In this document: positions 38,745 through 48,817 of the stretch, piece after piece
Position numbering within the stretch: the first letter of the stretch is position 1
How the letters are laid out: each line of letters begins with the position of its first letter
IMG/VR virus record: IMGVR_UViG_3300031951_000022
Coordinates: 64,001 to 128,000 of that record
Reading direction: 5' to 3' (one strand)
Source of the DNA: a virus
Length of the DNA: 64,000 nt
Notes under the pieces: model-generated
The model's database searches: none
Seen by the model: only the letters and a program-made list of their open reading frames with translations
Told to the model about the DNA's origin: nothing
Position numbers and translations under genes: made by a program

Positions 38745-41700
38745 ATGGCTGGAATTAACTGCGGCAAATTAGATATAACTAATATTAATGATGATGATGT
38801 TATTGCCATTAATAATAAGGCATGGGTTAGGGGCGATGTAGACGAAAAGGTTTATATATGGGACAATAAAGCTTGTGTTGTTATTAAATTTAATGATGCT
38901 TGTACAGCTACTATATGTAATGATCAAACAGACGTAAATAAGACATTGATGTTGTTGTCTAGTGCTATTGAAGTATCAAAAGAATCTGGAGATGGAGAGT
39001 CAAGCCCTTCTCCGCCAAACGTAGACGAAGACAGTGCTAATGAAGAAAGAGAAGCTAAGTCTATTTGTGGAGTTGAATTAGACAAACTAAAAGAAGCCCA
39101 AAAAGCTTTAGATTCATCTAGTATTAACGACAGAGGATATCAGGGTGCTGCCGTTATGCCGATTGGTGCTGTGGTGCCTATGAGATCCAATGTTCGCACC
39201 TACGGACCATATGCGTCTGCTAATTTCGGCAGCAGCGCCGGTGGAGTAAATGTAGAGGTTAATACCGAACTATGCCCTTGGGTTTTCGGTTCTATAACAG
39301 CCATGCATGCTGCTGGCTCTTCTTTAGTATCTAATGCGGATGTTGGTCTAACCAGAGCTGAGACAGGATCTATAACCATACAAGGACTACCCGATCTCAT
39401 AGGTCTAGGCGCTACTGTTGTTAGTGGAGGACCAAATCTTACAGGATTAAATGTTAGTTTTGGCTCATCTGGTATTACGACTAATTATGAGTTTAGAACA
39501 TATACTCCTAAATTTGGTGGATTAAATAGGCATTATTTAGAAAAATTCAAGAGCATTGCTAAAAATAGAGTAGAACAACTAAGATTTTTGCGCAACAATC
39601 AAATTTTACAAAATAAAATTCGTAGAAAACTTAAAAATATAGATCGCAACAATAATAAAGCTGGCGGAATATTAGACAAAGACGAAGGATCTAAAAATTC
39701 GCTACAACGAGTCTTAATGGGAGAAATATATAATTGGCAAAATGATGACGGAAGTATAAGTCAAAGAACTGTAGTAGGAACAAACGGCCTAGCTAAAAGT
39801 GTAGCAGAAATGATGTATGACTATGAGAAAAAAGCATACGTTAGTCTAGACGCCCTTTTCGGTCCTGTATCATTATATGGCGACGGTCAATTGCCCAGAT
39901 ATGCTAATCCAAATCCTCTGGAACACAAAAAGTCTAGCATAGGCGCCCAACCACCATTTGCTAAATATGGTCAATGTTATGGCTCATTGAATTTAGATCA
40001 ATATAATATAGACTTAACACAACAATATTTAAATCCTCTAACTAATAATTTTGGAGATAATGATCATCACCATACTGGTCCTGGTGCCGGCCACGTTATA
40101 GATGTGGTTGGTAGAAATAGCGAAGTGCCAGACAATGGCGTTATCACCAATATGTATTCTCCAGACGATTCTAGCAGATACTCCAACGATTATCGCTTTT
40201 TAGCCATGAGAGGACCATTAGTTTTACATAGTTGGGGATATGACTTAGATGGTAAACCAATACCCAATGCTGCTGATGATGAAAATGCTACGAAGGCAGG
40301 AACATTCAAGACAGATCTCTTAAAAGATCAATTTTTGAAAGATTGGCTCAAGAAGCCCGCAACATGGCCAGCTGCTCCTGTTGACCTTAGATTTGATAGA
40401 GAAAGAGGATTATGGGTTAGTCCACAGCCATACAAAATTGTGGTAGCAAAAATAGTTACTAAAATTAATCCGTTTCAAGAAGGTCGTGGGGTGTTGATTA
40501 ATTATGGTAAAAAACTATTTGATCAAACTGGCGCAGAAATTCGTGCAGATGGTGAAGGAGAGTGTGAGAATACAGAAAAACAAGAAGAATGGGTATTAGT
40601 TAATCTAACTGATTGTCAAGAGCCAAAATATTGGTGCTGTACAAATGGACAAGACGAATACTCTAACTTACTATATAAGTGTGTTAGAGAGGATGACTAT
40701 AATTTTTGTGGTGCTGCTAATTCTGTTAGTGGTCCATATGATACTCCTAGCTGTGATGGTGGGTGTGATGGTGGAGAAAATTATTATTGTTGTACTAATG
40801 GCACAGACGAAGAAGGCAATCCTTTATATAGATGTTTAAGAGATAATGATCCTGCATTTTGTGGTGTGGATAATGCTGTTGGCGGACCATATTTTGATGA
40901 CCCCAACTGTGATGCTGGTTGCGGACCACAAGGCAGTTCTTCCTCTTCTTCCTCTTCTTCCTCTTCTTCTAGTATAGACCTATGCAATCCTCCATGCGCT
41001 CAAACGATTACAGTATTAACTAGTATTTCTTTGAGTTCTGGTGGATTAGTTGCCGGAACTGCCTCAGTTAGAGTTTTAGATTATACTCCTACCGCGCCTA
41101 TTCTTATTGCGGCTACCGCTTGCTCTGGAACAGGAAGTAGTAGTAGCAGTAGTAGTTCTATGTTTAGCGGATATTATTGTTGTACTAACGGTACAGATGA
41201 GCTTGGTAATCTTTTATATGAATGTATAGCCGATAATGATCGAGCATTTTGTGGTATTGCAAATGCTGTTAGTGGCCCATATGAGGATCCGGCGTGCGGA
41301 GGTTGTGGCGTCGAGAGCAGTAGTAGCAGCAGTAGTAGTAGTAATCCCTGGTATTGTGTATCAGACAATGGAAGTGTATGCTTTTGTAAGGATGATGGTG
41401 GTCAACGACCAGAAGATCCACTATATGAGTTAGAATCAGAATGTATTGCTGTCTGTTGTGAATCTAGCAGTAGCAGTAGTAGTAGTAGTAGTCTTCCTTC
41501 TAGTAGTTCTAGTAGTATTAGTAGTAGTTCTAGTAGTGGTCCCGAGCCGACACCTCCAGACGGAGATACTCAGCAGCCAATGATTAAGCTTGTTGATCGT
41601 ATTGGTAAAGGACATAATGCTGGCGAATTAGTTTATGCTTACTTTGATGCGGAAAATAATGTATATATTGTCTTACAAAGACATAAAGAGCTTAATACTG

Positions 41701-41882
41701 CAACTATTTATGGCGAATTTAGATACGGATACTTACAAGTAGAAGGTATGGCTGGTGTTGATCCTTTAGATAATATAACTATAGGTTCTACTATTCCAGT
41801 ATTTGATAGATTATATTTACAGAAAACTGAGGAAGATTGTTTTAGAAAAGGCGTAGCGGTTAAGTTTACACAATCAGAATAA
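38745..41882 (+). CDS. Tail-tip protein with C-terminal Cys-rich repeats and poly-Ser linkers
   Basis: 1045 aa; LRGPLV..WGYD..G.P-like and PVDLRFD motifs, then three YxCCTNG.DE..N.LY.C repeats and four Ser runs. Confidence 0.7.
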   Translation: MAGINCGKLDITNINDDDVIAINNKAWVRGDVDEKVYIWDNKACVVIKFNDACTATICNDQTDVNKTLMLLSSAIEVSKESGDGESSPSPPNVDEDSANEEREAKSICGVELDKLKEAQKALDSSSINDRGYQGAAVMPIGAVVPMRSNVRTYGPYASANFGSSAGGVNVEVNTELCPWVFGSITAMHAAGSSLVSNADVGLTRAETGSITIQGLPDLIGLGATVVSGGPNLTGLNVSFGSSGITTNYEFRTYTPKFGGLNRHYLEKFKSIAKNRVEQLRFLRNNQILQNKIRRKLKNIDRNNNKAGGILDKDEGSKNSLQRVLMGEIYNWQNDDGSISQRTVVGTNGLAKSVAEMMYDYEKKAYVSLDALFGPVSLYGDGQLPRYANPNPLEHKKSSIGAQPPFAKYGQCYGSLNLDQYNIDLTQQYLNPLTNNFGDNDHHHTGPGAGHVIDVVGRNSEVPDNGVITNMYSPDDSSRYSNDYRFLAMRGPLVLHSWGYDLDGKPIPNAADDENATKAGTFKTDLLKDQFLKDWLKKPATWPAAPVDLRFDRERGLWVSPQPYKIVVAKIVTKINPFQEGRGVLINYGKKLFDQTGAEIRADGEGECENTEKQEEWVLVNLTDCQEPKYWCCTNGQDEYSNLLYKCVREDDYNFCGAANSVSGPYDTPSCDGGCDGGENYYCCTNGTDEEGNPLYRCLRDNDPAFCGVDNAVGGPYFDDPNCDAGCGPQGSSSSSSSSSSSSSIDLCNPPCAQTITVLTSISLSSGGLVAGTASVRVLDYTPTAPILIAATACSGTGSSSSSSSSMFSGYYCCTNGTDELGNLLYECIADNDRAFCGIANAVSGPYEDPACGGCGVESSSSSSSSSNPWYCVSDNGSVCFCKDDGGQRPEDPLYELESECIAVCCESSSSSSSSSSLPSSSSSSISSSSSSGPEPTPPDGDTQQPMIKLVDRIGKGHNAGELVYAYFDAENNVYIVLQRHKELNTATIYGEFRYGYLQVEGMAGVDPLDNITIGSTIPVFDRLYLQKTEEDCFRKGVAVKFTQSE

Positions 41883-41900
41883 AAGCAAAAAGGCAACAAC

Positions 41901-42881
41901 ATGGTATGTACTACATTAACGCCGACACCATCATATACTGGAGCTATTACTCCAACGCCAACAAGAGCTAGTACCCCCACGCCCACGCCAACTCTAACCA
42001 GAACGGCTACTCCTTCTAATTCTCTACCTCTTTCTCCTACGCCATCTTCTGGAGATCCTAATACTTGGCTAACGCCAACCTTTGTTGCTGATGTTCCACC
42101 CACTTCAACACCAGCTCTCTCTAGTACACCAGCATTAACGCCATCCAATTCTCCCACCAGAACATCTAGTAGAACACCAACAAAGACAGTTTCTATTACA
42201 AGAACTAATACTCAGTCTCGCACAGCAACAAGAACACCTTCTTCCACGAGAGGTTCCACTCCCACCCCTACGTCAACTGTGTCGATGACTTTTACTCCAA
42301 CTAAAACCTTAACAGGGTCACTTACTAGAACTCCAACTAAAACACCAACTCTTAGTAAAAGCTTAACTCAGACTATTACCCCTACTAGAACTATTGGAGG
42401 AACTGATACTTCTCCAACACCCACACAAACAGCATCGTCTACTAGACCCTTTACTCCAACACCCACAAATAGTAACACCCCCACTAAATCTAGTACTCCA
42501 GGAGCTAGTCAAACTCGTACTCCTAGTCTAACGACATCTTATAGTCGCACTGTTACTGCTAGCGTAAGCGAATCCTCATGTCCAGTGCCACCAATTAGTA
42601 CAGGAACTTTGACACCAACCCCAACAAATACTACAACAGCATCAAATACTAGAACAATTACTCCAACTAGAACAGGAACTAGAGCACCAACACCCACACC
42701 AGTAATAGCTAGTCCAACACCAACACCAACACCAACATATACCCCCACACAAACCGGAACTAATACTAGAACCCCCACTATAACTAAAACACAGACCAGA
42801 ACCATTACTCGCACAGCATCAAACACACCAACACGAACACCAACACGAACACAAACACGGACTCCATCACGATCTCTATAA
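41901..42881 (+). CDS. Mucin-like Thr/Pro/Ser-rich low-complexity protein (326 aa)
   Basis: Almost entirely TPTPT/TPTRT/SST repeats with varied synonymous codons; no signal peptide; last gene of the structural operon. Confidence 0.8.
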   Translation: MVCTTLTPTPSYTGAITPTPTRASTPTPTPTLTRTATPSNSLPLSPTPSSGDPNTWLTPTFVADVPPTSTPALSSTPALTPSNSPTRTSSRTPTKTVSITRTNTQSRTATRTPSSTRGSTPTPTSTVSMTFTPTKTLTGSLTRTPTKTPTLSKSLTQTITPTRTIGGTDTSPTPTQTASSTRPFTPTPTNSNTPTKSSTPGASQTRTPSLTTSYSRTVTASVSESSCPVPPISTGTLTPTPTNTTTASNTRTITPTRTGTRAPTPTPVIASPTPTPTPTYTPTQTGTNTRTPTITKTQTRTITRTASNTPTRTPTRTQTRTPSRSL

Positions 42882-42884
42882 TAA

Positions 42885-43691
42885 TTATGTTGATGCTTTA
42901 ATTAATATGTTTTTACTCCTCATACAATGAACAATGTTTGACTTAATTGGAAACTTATCTCCTGTCATATAATCTTCAAAAGTCCAGTCTGCATATTCTG
43001 GAAGCTTATTTCTCCAATAGCCAGTCCAATCACTAGCCCATAGCCAACTGGTTTTTTCTAAGGTTCTTTCTTCTGGGTTTTGCATGCAATGACCTAAGAA
43101 GGCCAAAGACACCTCTTCTGTAAAATTATAGTAGCCCTTCTTTTTCGCATAAAAGAAAAAATTAAGTCCAATATTATAAAATTCGTCTATATAATTTTTA
43201 TCAACTATCCAAAATCCAGCATTAGTATTATAGATCTTATCTAACTTTAAGCCAGTTTCTTCATACAATGGTTTATATTTTTCCACAGGACAACCCCACC
43301 AATCTTTTCTTTTAGCATTGGGTGAGGTAATTTCGTTCTCCATTTGAGCAAAAATTTTATGACCATCCATCATATGTATAAAATCGCCCGGATGATTAAC
43401 AAAATAATTGTCGGCGTCTAAAAAAACATAATAGTCATAATTTAAACTGCTAACTTGTTCTTTGAGAAAGTGAAACTTAAACATATATAGGGATTTTTCA
43501 AAAGTACCACACTTATGAACATTGGCCCCGTTTATATGTTCCATATCTGTCCATATGTGAAAGTCCTCTTGTACTCCACAGTCTCGGGCTGATTTCACCA
43601 TTGTTTGTGCCATTTTGGCATGGTGTCCATCAGCAACTGTCCAATAGCAAAATGTTTTATTTGCTATATCCTTTGAAGTTTTTAAATCCAT
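42885..43691 (-). CDS. GT-A fold glycosyltransferase-like protein
   Basis: YDYYVFLDAD (DxD), NAGFWIV and C-terminal IVH. The start is either ATG 43691 (behind GGAG) or 43700. Confidence 0.7.
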   Translation of the reverse strand: MDLKTSKDIANKTFCYWTVADGHHAKMAQTMVKSARDCGVQEDFHIWTDMEHINGANVHKCGTFEKSLYMFKFHFLKEQVSSLNYDYYVFLDADNYFVNHPGDFIHMMDGHKIFAQMENEITSPNAKRKDWWGCPVEKYKPLYEETGLKLDKIYNTNAGFWIVDKNYIDEFYNIGLNFFFYAKKKGYYNFTEEVSLAFLGHCMQNPEERTLEKTSWLWASDWTGYWRNKLPEYADWTFEDYMTGDKFPIKSNIVHCMRSKNILIKAST

Positions 43692-44349
43692 ACTCTCCAT
43701 TACCTCTTCTTTCAGCCTTATTTACCATGAATGTATCTTCCCATCCGAATAATGTATGAAAAGTTCCAGATGTTTGAAGCAATAGGTCCCCCAGCAACAT
43801 ATCTCCATTTCTTTTAATCATGTTTCTATCTGGGTAATCATATTTTCTTAAATATTCACACCTACCTACCCATAACCCACCAACGGGGAAAAAGCATGTG
43901 CTTGGCTGGGTAGGATGTTTAATTCCTTTGTACCAAGATCTGCTTTTTAAAAAATCTATATACAATGCATTTCTGCCATTAACATGAGGAAAACCCAACA
44001 CATCAACCGGATGGTTTTGTATTTGCTCATTTAGCGTTTGGTCCCAATTTGGTTTTCTGATATAGCTATCATCATCAAACCATATCATATATTCAGTATC
44101 TACTAAATCTAATAACATTCTGAACATAGGATCTTTATTAATATTAACATTACAGTCAATTAAACTACTAATTTGAGCAGTATCTAGAAGATGTCTATAG
44201 TATTTTTTAGTCTCATTACAGCACTCACTCAAACCAACATGAATTTTTAGTGGTAGTGTTTTATGTTGTAAGATAGAATCTATACATTTTTTAGATATAT
44301 CATAATAATTGCCATAACAACATATTAAAACTTCAAATTTATTATTCAT
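43657..44349 (-). CDS. Glycosyltransferase family 2-like
   Basis: VLICCY...CIDSI...TEYMIWFDDDSY...GD.LLG. Confidence 0.78.
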   Translation of the reverse strand: MNNKFEVLICCYGNYYDISKKCIDSILQHKTLPLKIHVGLSECCNETKKYYRHLLDTAQISSLIDCNVNINKDPMFRMLLDLVDTEYMIWFDDDSYIRKPNWDQTLNEQIQNHPVDVLGFPHVNGRNALYIDFLKSRSWYKGIKHPTQPSTCFFPVGGLWVGRCEYLRKYDYPDRNMIKRNGDMLLGDLLLQTSGTFHTLFGWEDTFMVNKAERRGNGEYGFKNFKGYSK

Positions 44350-44962
44350 ATTTGTACTTAATTAGCCATGCTACTGTTTGTAATAGGTCTTGCATATATG
44401 GTTTAAGATTTTCTTTTTGAGATATGTCTATTATATGAGAATCTTCTATTTCTAGCCAGTTCCATATTTGGTCTTGCATATGTTCTTTAAAAAAGCCTAA
44501 GTTTGGAGAATAGTCGTGGGCCATAATAATATCGCCCATCTTTAACAGCGGGGCTAGTATATTATACTCACACCTTTTACATCCGCCATCACATAAAACT
44601 AATGTTAAACCATCTTGTCTTATAAAAGAACGAATTTCATCTTCTGCTTTTTTTGTAATAAAAGACGTATTCTCATAATCGAATAAGTTTTCTGTTCTAA
44701 CATCCACAGCCTTGTTTACTACTAGTGGCTTTAAAAATTCTTGGTCATTAATATCATAAGTACGAATAATATTCTTGTGAAGATTTAATTCATCCATAAT
44801 ATCTCTTAACATTAATGTCAGCCCACCATGAAATGTTCCAATTTCTAATATTCTGGCTGGAGTTATTTCTGCTAATAGTTGTTTAAATACTTGTGGCGTA
44901 TTTCTGTGCTGGCTCATAAATAAATAGCCATAAGCAAAGCCACCCTCTACTGTGTCTGTCAT
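44342..44962 (-). CDS. Class I SAM-dependent O-methyltransferase (CmcI/Methyltransf_24-like)
   Basis: ILEIGTFHGG, YDI, LCDGG and GDIIMAHD motifs. Confidence 0.82.
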   Translation of the reverse strand: MTDTVEGGFAYGYLFMSQHRNTPQVFKQLLAEITPARILEIGTFHGGLTLMLRDIMDELNLHKNIIRTYDINDQEFLKPLVVNKAVDVRTENLFDYENTSFITKKAEDEIRSFIRQDGLTLVLCDGGCKRCEYNILAPLLKMGDIIMAHDYSPNLGFFKEHMQDQIWNWLEIEDSHIIDISQKENLKPYMQDLLQTVAWLIKYKYE

Positions 44963-45943
44963 TTATAAGTCCTCTAAAGTAAATTTTGACAATATATAAT
45001 CTATATTATTGTTAGGGTTGCAGTTTTTTAAATACCATTGTCTAGCATTATGACTAACAAACTCAAGATAATCATAGTTATTTTTGATTAAATTCCAATA
45101 GTATTCCACATAGTCGCCAAAATTTTCGTATTGTGAATACCAAGGATTGCCATCCCAATATTTACAGGCATGAAAACAATTAACATAATGATAGTTTGAA
45201 ATTAATGGATCAGGATAATTAATATCTAGGTGTGGTCTTAGAACAGGAACACCCACAGCAAAACACTCTATATCCCTATTACATATCTCAGTTCCTCCAG
45301 GTAGACTTAAAGCAGACCTATTCTCAGACAGTTCTTTTAAGTACTCAAGATAGTTTAGATTATTAGATTCTTTATTTTTGTCGATAATTCTGATAGATGG
45401 ATCGGATATAGTTCTAACCATATCTTCTCTAAAATGCCACATATATCCACGAAAATGCAATAGACCCCGAGTCTGCTTAACATTTCTTTGGGTGTATATC
45501 TCATTAATTTCGTTATAAAAACTATCATAATATGGAGCATAGAAAAAACTATGATATTTATTAGTAATATTCAGAGGACAATCAATGTCAGGATTATCAG
45601 CCTCTACTGATCTAAAATTAAAATAATCAATATAGTTAAAACCACCACAATAAAAAAACTTATGCATTTTAGATGGATTCCAACCTAAATGCTTCATAAA
45701 GTGATATTTCCAATTATCAAAAAATGATACTATGATATAGTTTTGCGTATCAGGATTAATAATAGAAAAATTCATACAGCTATATATACTGCCATATCCA
45801 TTGTTCTCATAGGATGGATCATTATGAATTTCAAAGGTATGTTGCGGAAACCGTGTCTCTATAGTTTTATAAAGCTTTTGAAAAAAAGAAGTTACATAAT
45901 AGTTAGGAATATCTCTAAATTGATGACGTATATGGTATTTCAT
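44963..45943 (-). CDS. GT-B fold glycosyltransferase-like protein (exostosin/GT90-like C-terminus)
   Basis: LHFRG...YLEYLKEL.....ALSLPG...CNRDIECFAVGVPVL...NARQWY; ATGA overlap with the upstream gene. Confidence 0.68.
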   Translation of the reverse strand: MKYHIRHQFRDIPNYYVTSFFQKLYKTIETRFPQHTFEIHNDPSYENNGYGSIYSCMNFSIINPDTQNYIIVSFFDNWKYHFMKHLGWNPSKMHKFFYCGGFNYIDYFNFRSVEADNPDIDCPLNITNKYHSFFYAPYYDSFYNEINEIYTQRNVKQTRGLLHFRGYMWHFREDMVRTISDPSIRIIDKNKESNNLNYLEYLKELSENRSALSLPGGTEICNRDIECFAVGVPVLRPHLDINYPDPLISNYHYVNCFHACKYWDGNPWYSQYENFGDYVEYYWNLIKNNYDYLEFVSHNARQWYLKNCNPNNNIDYILSKFTLEDL

Positions 45944-47217
45944 ATATTGCCTACAATTGGTTCTGACCACCCCTTACTTACGCTGTGAGGCCATACCAAC
46001 CAGCTGTGTGGCTTTTCTTTAGTTTCAAACCATCTCCAAACTTTACAATATCCATCAGGGTCTTTTTTCATTCTTTCAATTTCATCTATATCAGCATCTT
46101 GTCTAAACATTTCTTGGCCATTTTGATCTTTAAATGCTACCGCCCAGAAATCATAGTCATTTTCTGGAACTTGATCATATCCTAGATCAATACAGTGCTT
46201 AAACATGTATACTAAGCTGGCCTCAAAGTCTTCATCAGAGATTTTCATATTATCAAGCTTAGGAGGCTTATGATCTAAAACATCTAATGTAATAGCTCTA
46301 TTTTTAAAACTAATACCAGCATACTTTTCATAATCAGACAATGATCTTTCATTACCAAAATCATATATGCCAAAGTCTATATCTTTGATTTCGCCGTCCA
46401 TACCAAATAATTTGCGATTCCTTGAATGACACTGGTTATTTCTGTCTATCCATTTTTGATCATCGTCCCATTGCTTACTTCTTCCTTTTCTAGTATATTC
46501 ATGCCAACAAATTACCTTATTTGGATAGAATAAATCATACCCCTTAGTAAAAGCCCTAGCGGCAACGTTGATCTCTTCACCATGAAAATAATAGTAAGGA
46601 TCATGCTTAACCTCTTGAGCAAATTGACCGATAGAAAACGCAAAGTGGGCGCTGTAAAATCTGCCGGGAATAGGCTTTGTTATATCTTCTATCTCTGGTT
46701 GTAAACTAGTTGGTAAAAAGAATATGGCGCCTTCTGGTATAAATCTATCAAAAGTCATTTTCCATGGCTCTTGTATTCTAGCAGCCGGATCGTTGTCAGG
46801 ATCAAAACTTGGGATGTATGTTGTTATTAGTGGTTTAGCATGTCCGTCCGCCTGAAGTTCTGAGACCATATTAATGAGCATTTCATCCCAGTCTTTAACA
46901 AATCTATGATGACTATCTAGCTGTAATGTATAATCTTCATTTGAGTATAGTGTTTGAATAAGATTTCTAGCCCAACAAACACCCTGAGAATCTCTATAGT
47001 CTATATCTAGTATTTTAAATCTACTATCTTTTTTAAATTCGTCTAAACTATCCCAACTATCATCAGGATGATGTTGCCAAGCTATACCGAATCTTAGATT
47101 CTCTGGATATTTGGCACTTTCTATTAGGTTGTGCAGGGTAGGTGATAGTTGAGGATCTCTATATGAGGCGATTTGTATAAAAATAGTACTAGTTTTCTTT
47201 TCTTTCTGTTGCGCCAT
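45940..47217 (-). CDS. GT60-type polypeptide/hydroxyproline alpha-GlcNAc transferase (PF11397-like)
   Basis: IFIQIASYRD, GVCWARN, LQLDSHHRF..DWD (DxH), SAHFAF and FHGEE...AARAFT.GYD.F.P motifs. Confidence 0.85.
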   Translation of the reverse strand: MAQQKEKKTSTIFIQIASYRDPQLSPTLHNLIESAKYPENLRFGIAWQHHPDDSWDSLDEFKKDSRFKILDIDYRDSQGVCWARNLIQTLYSNEDYTLQLDSHHRFVKDWDEMLINMVSELQADGHAKPLITTYIPSFDPDNDPAARIQEPWKMTFDRFIPEGAIFFLPTSLQPEIEDITKPIPGRFYSAHFAFSIGQFAQEVKHDPYYYFHGEEINVAARAFTKGYDLFYPNKVICWHEYTRKGRSKQWDDDQKWIDRNNQCHSRNRKLFGMDGEIKDIDFGIYDFGNERSLSDYEKYAGISFKNRAITLDVLDHKPPKLDNMKISDEDFEASLVYMFKHCIDLGYDQVPENDYDFWAVAFKDQNGQEMFRQDADIDEIERMKKDPDGYCKVWRWFETKEKPHSWLVWPHSVSKGWSEPIVGNI

Positions 47218-48817
47218 AATAATGAACTCTTCTGTGTGTAATAGGACTTGCTAATAAAATTGCGGGCTTAACTTCTTTTTGTTTAGTTAGAGTATAAATA
47301 TGGCTCATCCATGTTTGTTCATAAGGATGTTGCCATTTGGTATCCATAAAGCACTTCTTATTGCCTTGCTGACTTATTATATGTGGCCAATTAGAATAGT
47401 AAATCTCACCATCAGCATATGGTATACCATTTAAACTTTTAATATTATTGAATTGGGTTGGTGGCTTGTGTTGTAAGTCTTCAAAATACTCTACTCTCAA
47501 AGACTGTGGTACATTATGCCAACTCCATTGTTCTCCGTTATGACCATAAAATTCACTAAAGCTAAACTTTATAAAATCATAATTCTCTTTATTCATAATT
47601 TTAATAAGGTTACTATATAGACTATTTATTGTTTTAGAAAAGCCAAAATTACAAAATCCTTCATACTCCAACAACATATCATCCTCAAAGAAGAACATAA
47701 AATCAGCACCACTTTCCGCAAAGTGTTCAGCAGCCAATTGTCTACCCCCACAAATACCAATGTTGCCGGGCCTTATCTCTATGAAGTTATATTCTGCGAC
47801 AATTTTATCATATTCATCAAAGAATTTATTTTCAGTAGAATTATTAATTAGTATTTTATTAGTTTTGTCTAGAAAATCACGATCATATTCTTCAAAAGAA
47901 GACAAGACCATCCTTACCTGTTCAGGCGAATTAAAGGTTAAGATATACAGGTTTGTTTGATTGGTTTTGACCTTAATACGAGAGTCCTGTAGCTGCTCAA
48001 AGAAATAATAGACCAAACCATCACCCTGAATTAATTCATAGTGGTAGGTTGATGGGTCTAGATATGTCATTATTGTGAAAATGCTCTCCTCTGTACCCAT
48101 GTATCCGTCATCTAGGGTGTCATTTAAGAGTCTATAATAAAGATCATTGGCTGGAGATATGCTGTTTTTAGACCCGCCAAAAAACCCTCCGCGTACCACC
48201 CTAGTAATATTATCTGTTTGGCCATATTGTTTCATTCCATTTATATTAAATCCATGAATCTCAGTATCTGTTTCATATGGAAAAGCTATAAACAAGAAAT
48301 TGTCTGATATTTTAATAAGATTATTAATAACTACAGGATTTTGAAAATATCCTAAGCTCATAGTATTGCTTAATCCACCATCTATCCAATAAAAATAATC
48401 ACTATTAAATGGATCAAAACACTTAGCGTTATGTAGCAAAAACATCTTGCTCATAACCATAGGATTATAATATTCTAAAGATGCCTGCGTACTATCCTGT
48501 AACCAACCAACCTGATTATACCATTCTGGATTATTTCTTATGTTTTGTACTTTATTAAAGAATGGAAAAAAAGATCCAGCAAAATCTTGTTTTGTATGAT
48601 AATATATGCGAGTATTATGCTTCGACCTATGCTGCCACACAATATCTTCTAATGTTGGATCAATAAAAACAATTAGATTATAGTCTTTAAGGTCCGCTAG
48701 AAGTTGAATGAAGTGATGAATATAGTGGTCAAAACTTCTTTGCCAGCCCGGTTTGGATTTGTCTCTATCCAAGTTCCAAATACCAGTGACAAAACAAATA
48801 TTATGTTTTTTTTGCAT
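47189..48817 (-). CDS. HtrL/YibB (WlaTC)-family glycosyltransferase fused to a GT2-like domain
   Basis: FVTGIWNL.R..W.RSF..Y, SKMFLL...DPFNSDYFYWIDGG, GGFFGG and GTEE in the N-domain; FFFEDD in the C-domain. Start reassigned to ATG 48817. Confidence 0.78.
   Translation of the reverse strand: MQKKHNICFVTGIWNLDRDKSKPGWQRSFDHYIHHFIQLLADLKDYNLIVFIDPTLEDIVWQHRSKHNTRIYYHTKQDFAGSFFPFFNKVQNIRNNPEWYNQVGWLQDSTQASLEYYNPMVMSKMFLLHNAKCFDPFNSDYFYWIDGGLSNTMSLGYFQNPVVINNLIKISDNFLFIAFPYETDTEIHGFNINGMKQYGQTDNITRVVRGGFFGGSKNSISPANDLYYRLLNDTLDDGYMGTEESIFTIMTYLDPSTYHYELIQGDGLVYYFFEQLQDSRIKVKTNQTNLYILTFNSPEQVRMVLSSFEEYDRDFLDKTNKILINNSTENKFFDEYDKIVAEYNFIEIRPGNIGICGGRQLAAEHFAESGADFMFFFEDDMLLEYEGFCNFGFSKTINSLYSNLIKIMNKENYDFIKFSFSEFYGHNGEQWSWHNVPQSLRVEYFEDLQHKPPTQFNNIKSLNGIPYADGEIYYSNWPHIISQQGNKKCFMDTKWQHPYEQTWMSHIYTLTKQKEVKPAILLASPITHRRVHYYGATERKEN

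Noticed and set aside
40629-41310. Diversity-generating retroelement TR/VR pair
   Set aside because: The repeats are in-frame protein repeats whose differences are not confined to adenines, and there is no reverse transcriptase in the window.
41708-42826. Gly/Val-rich minus-strand ORFs that look like membrane proteins
   Set aside because: They are antisense shadows of the Thr/Pro codons (ACN/CCN) of the mucin-like gene.
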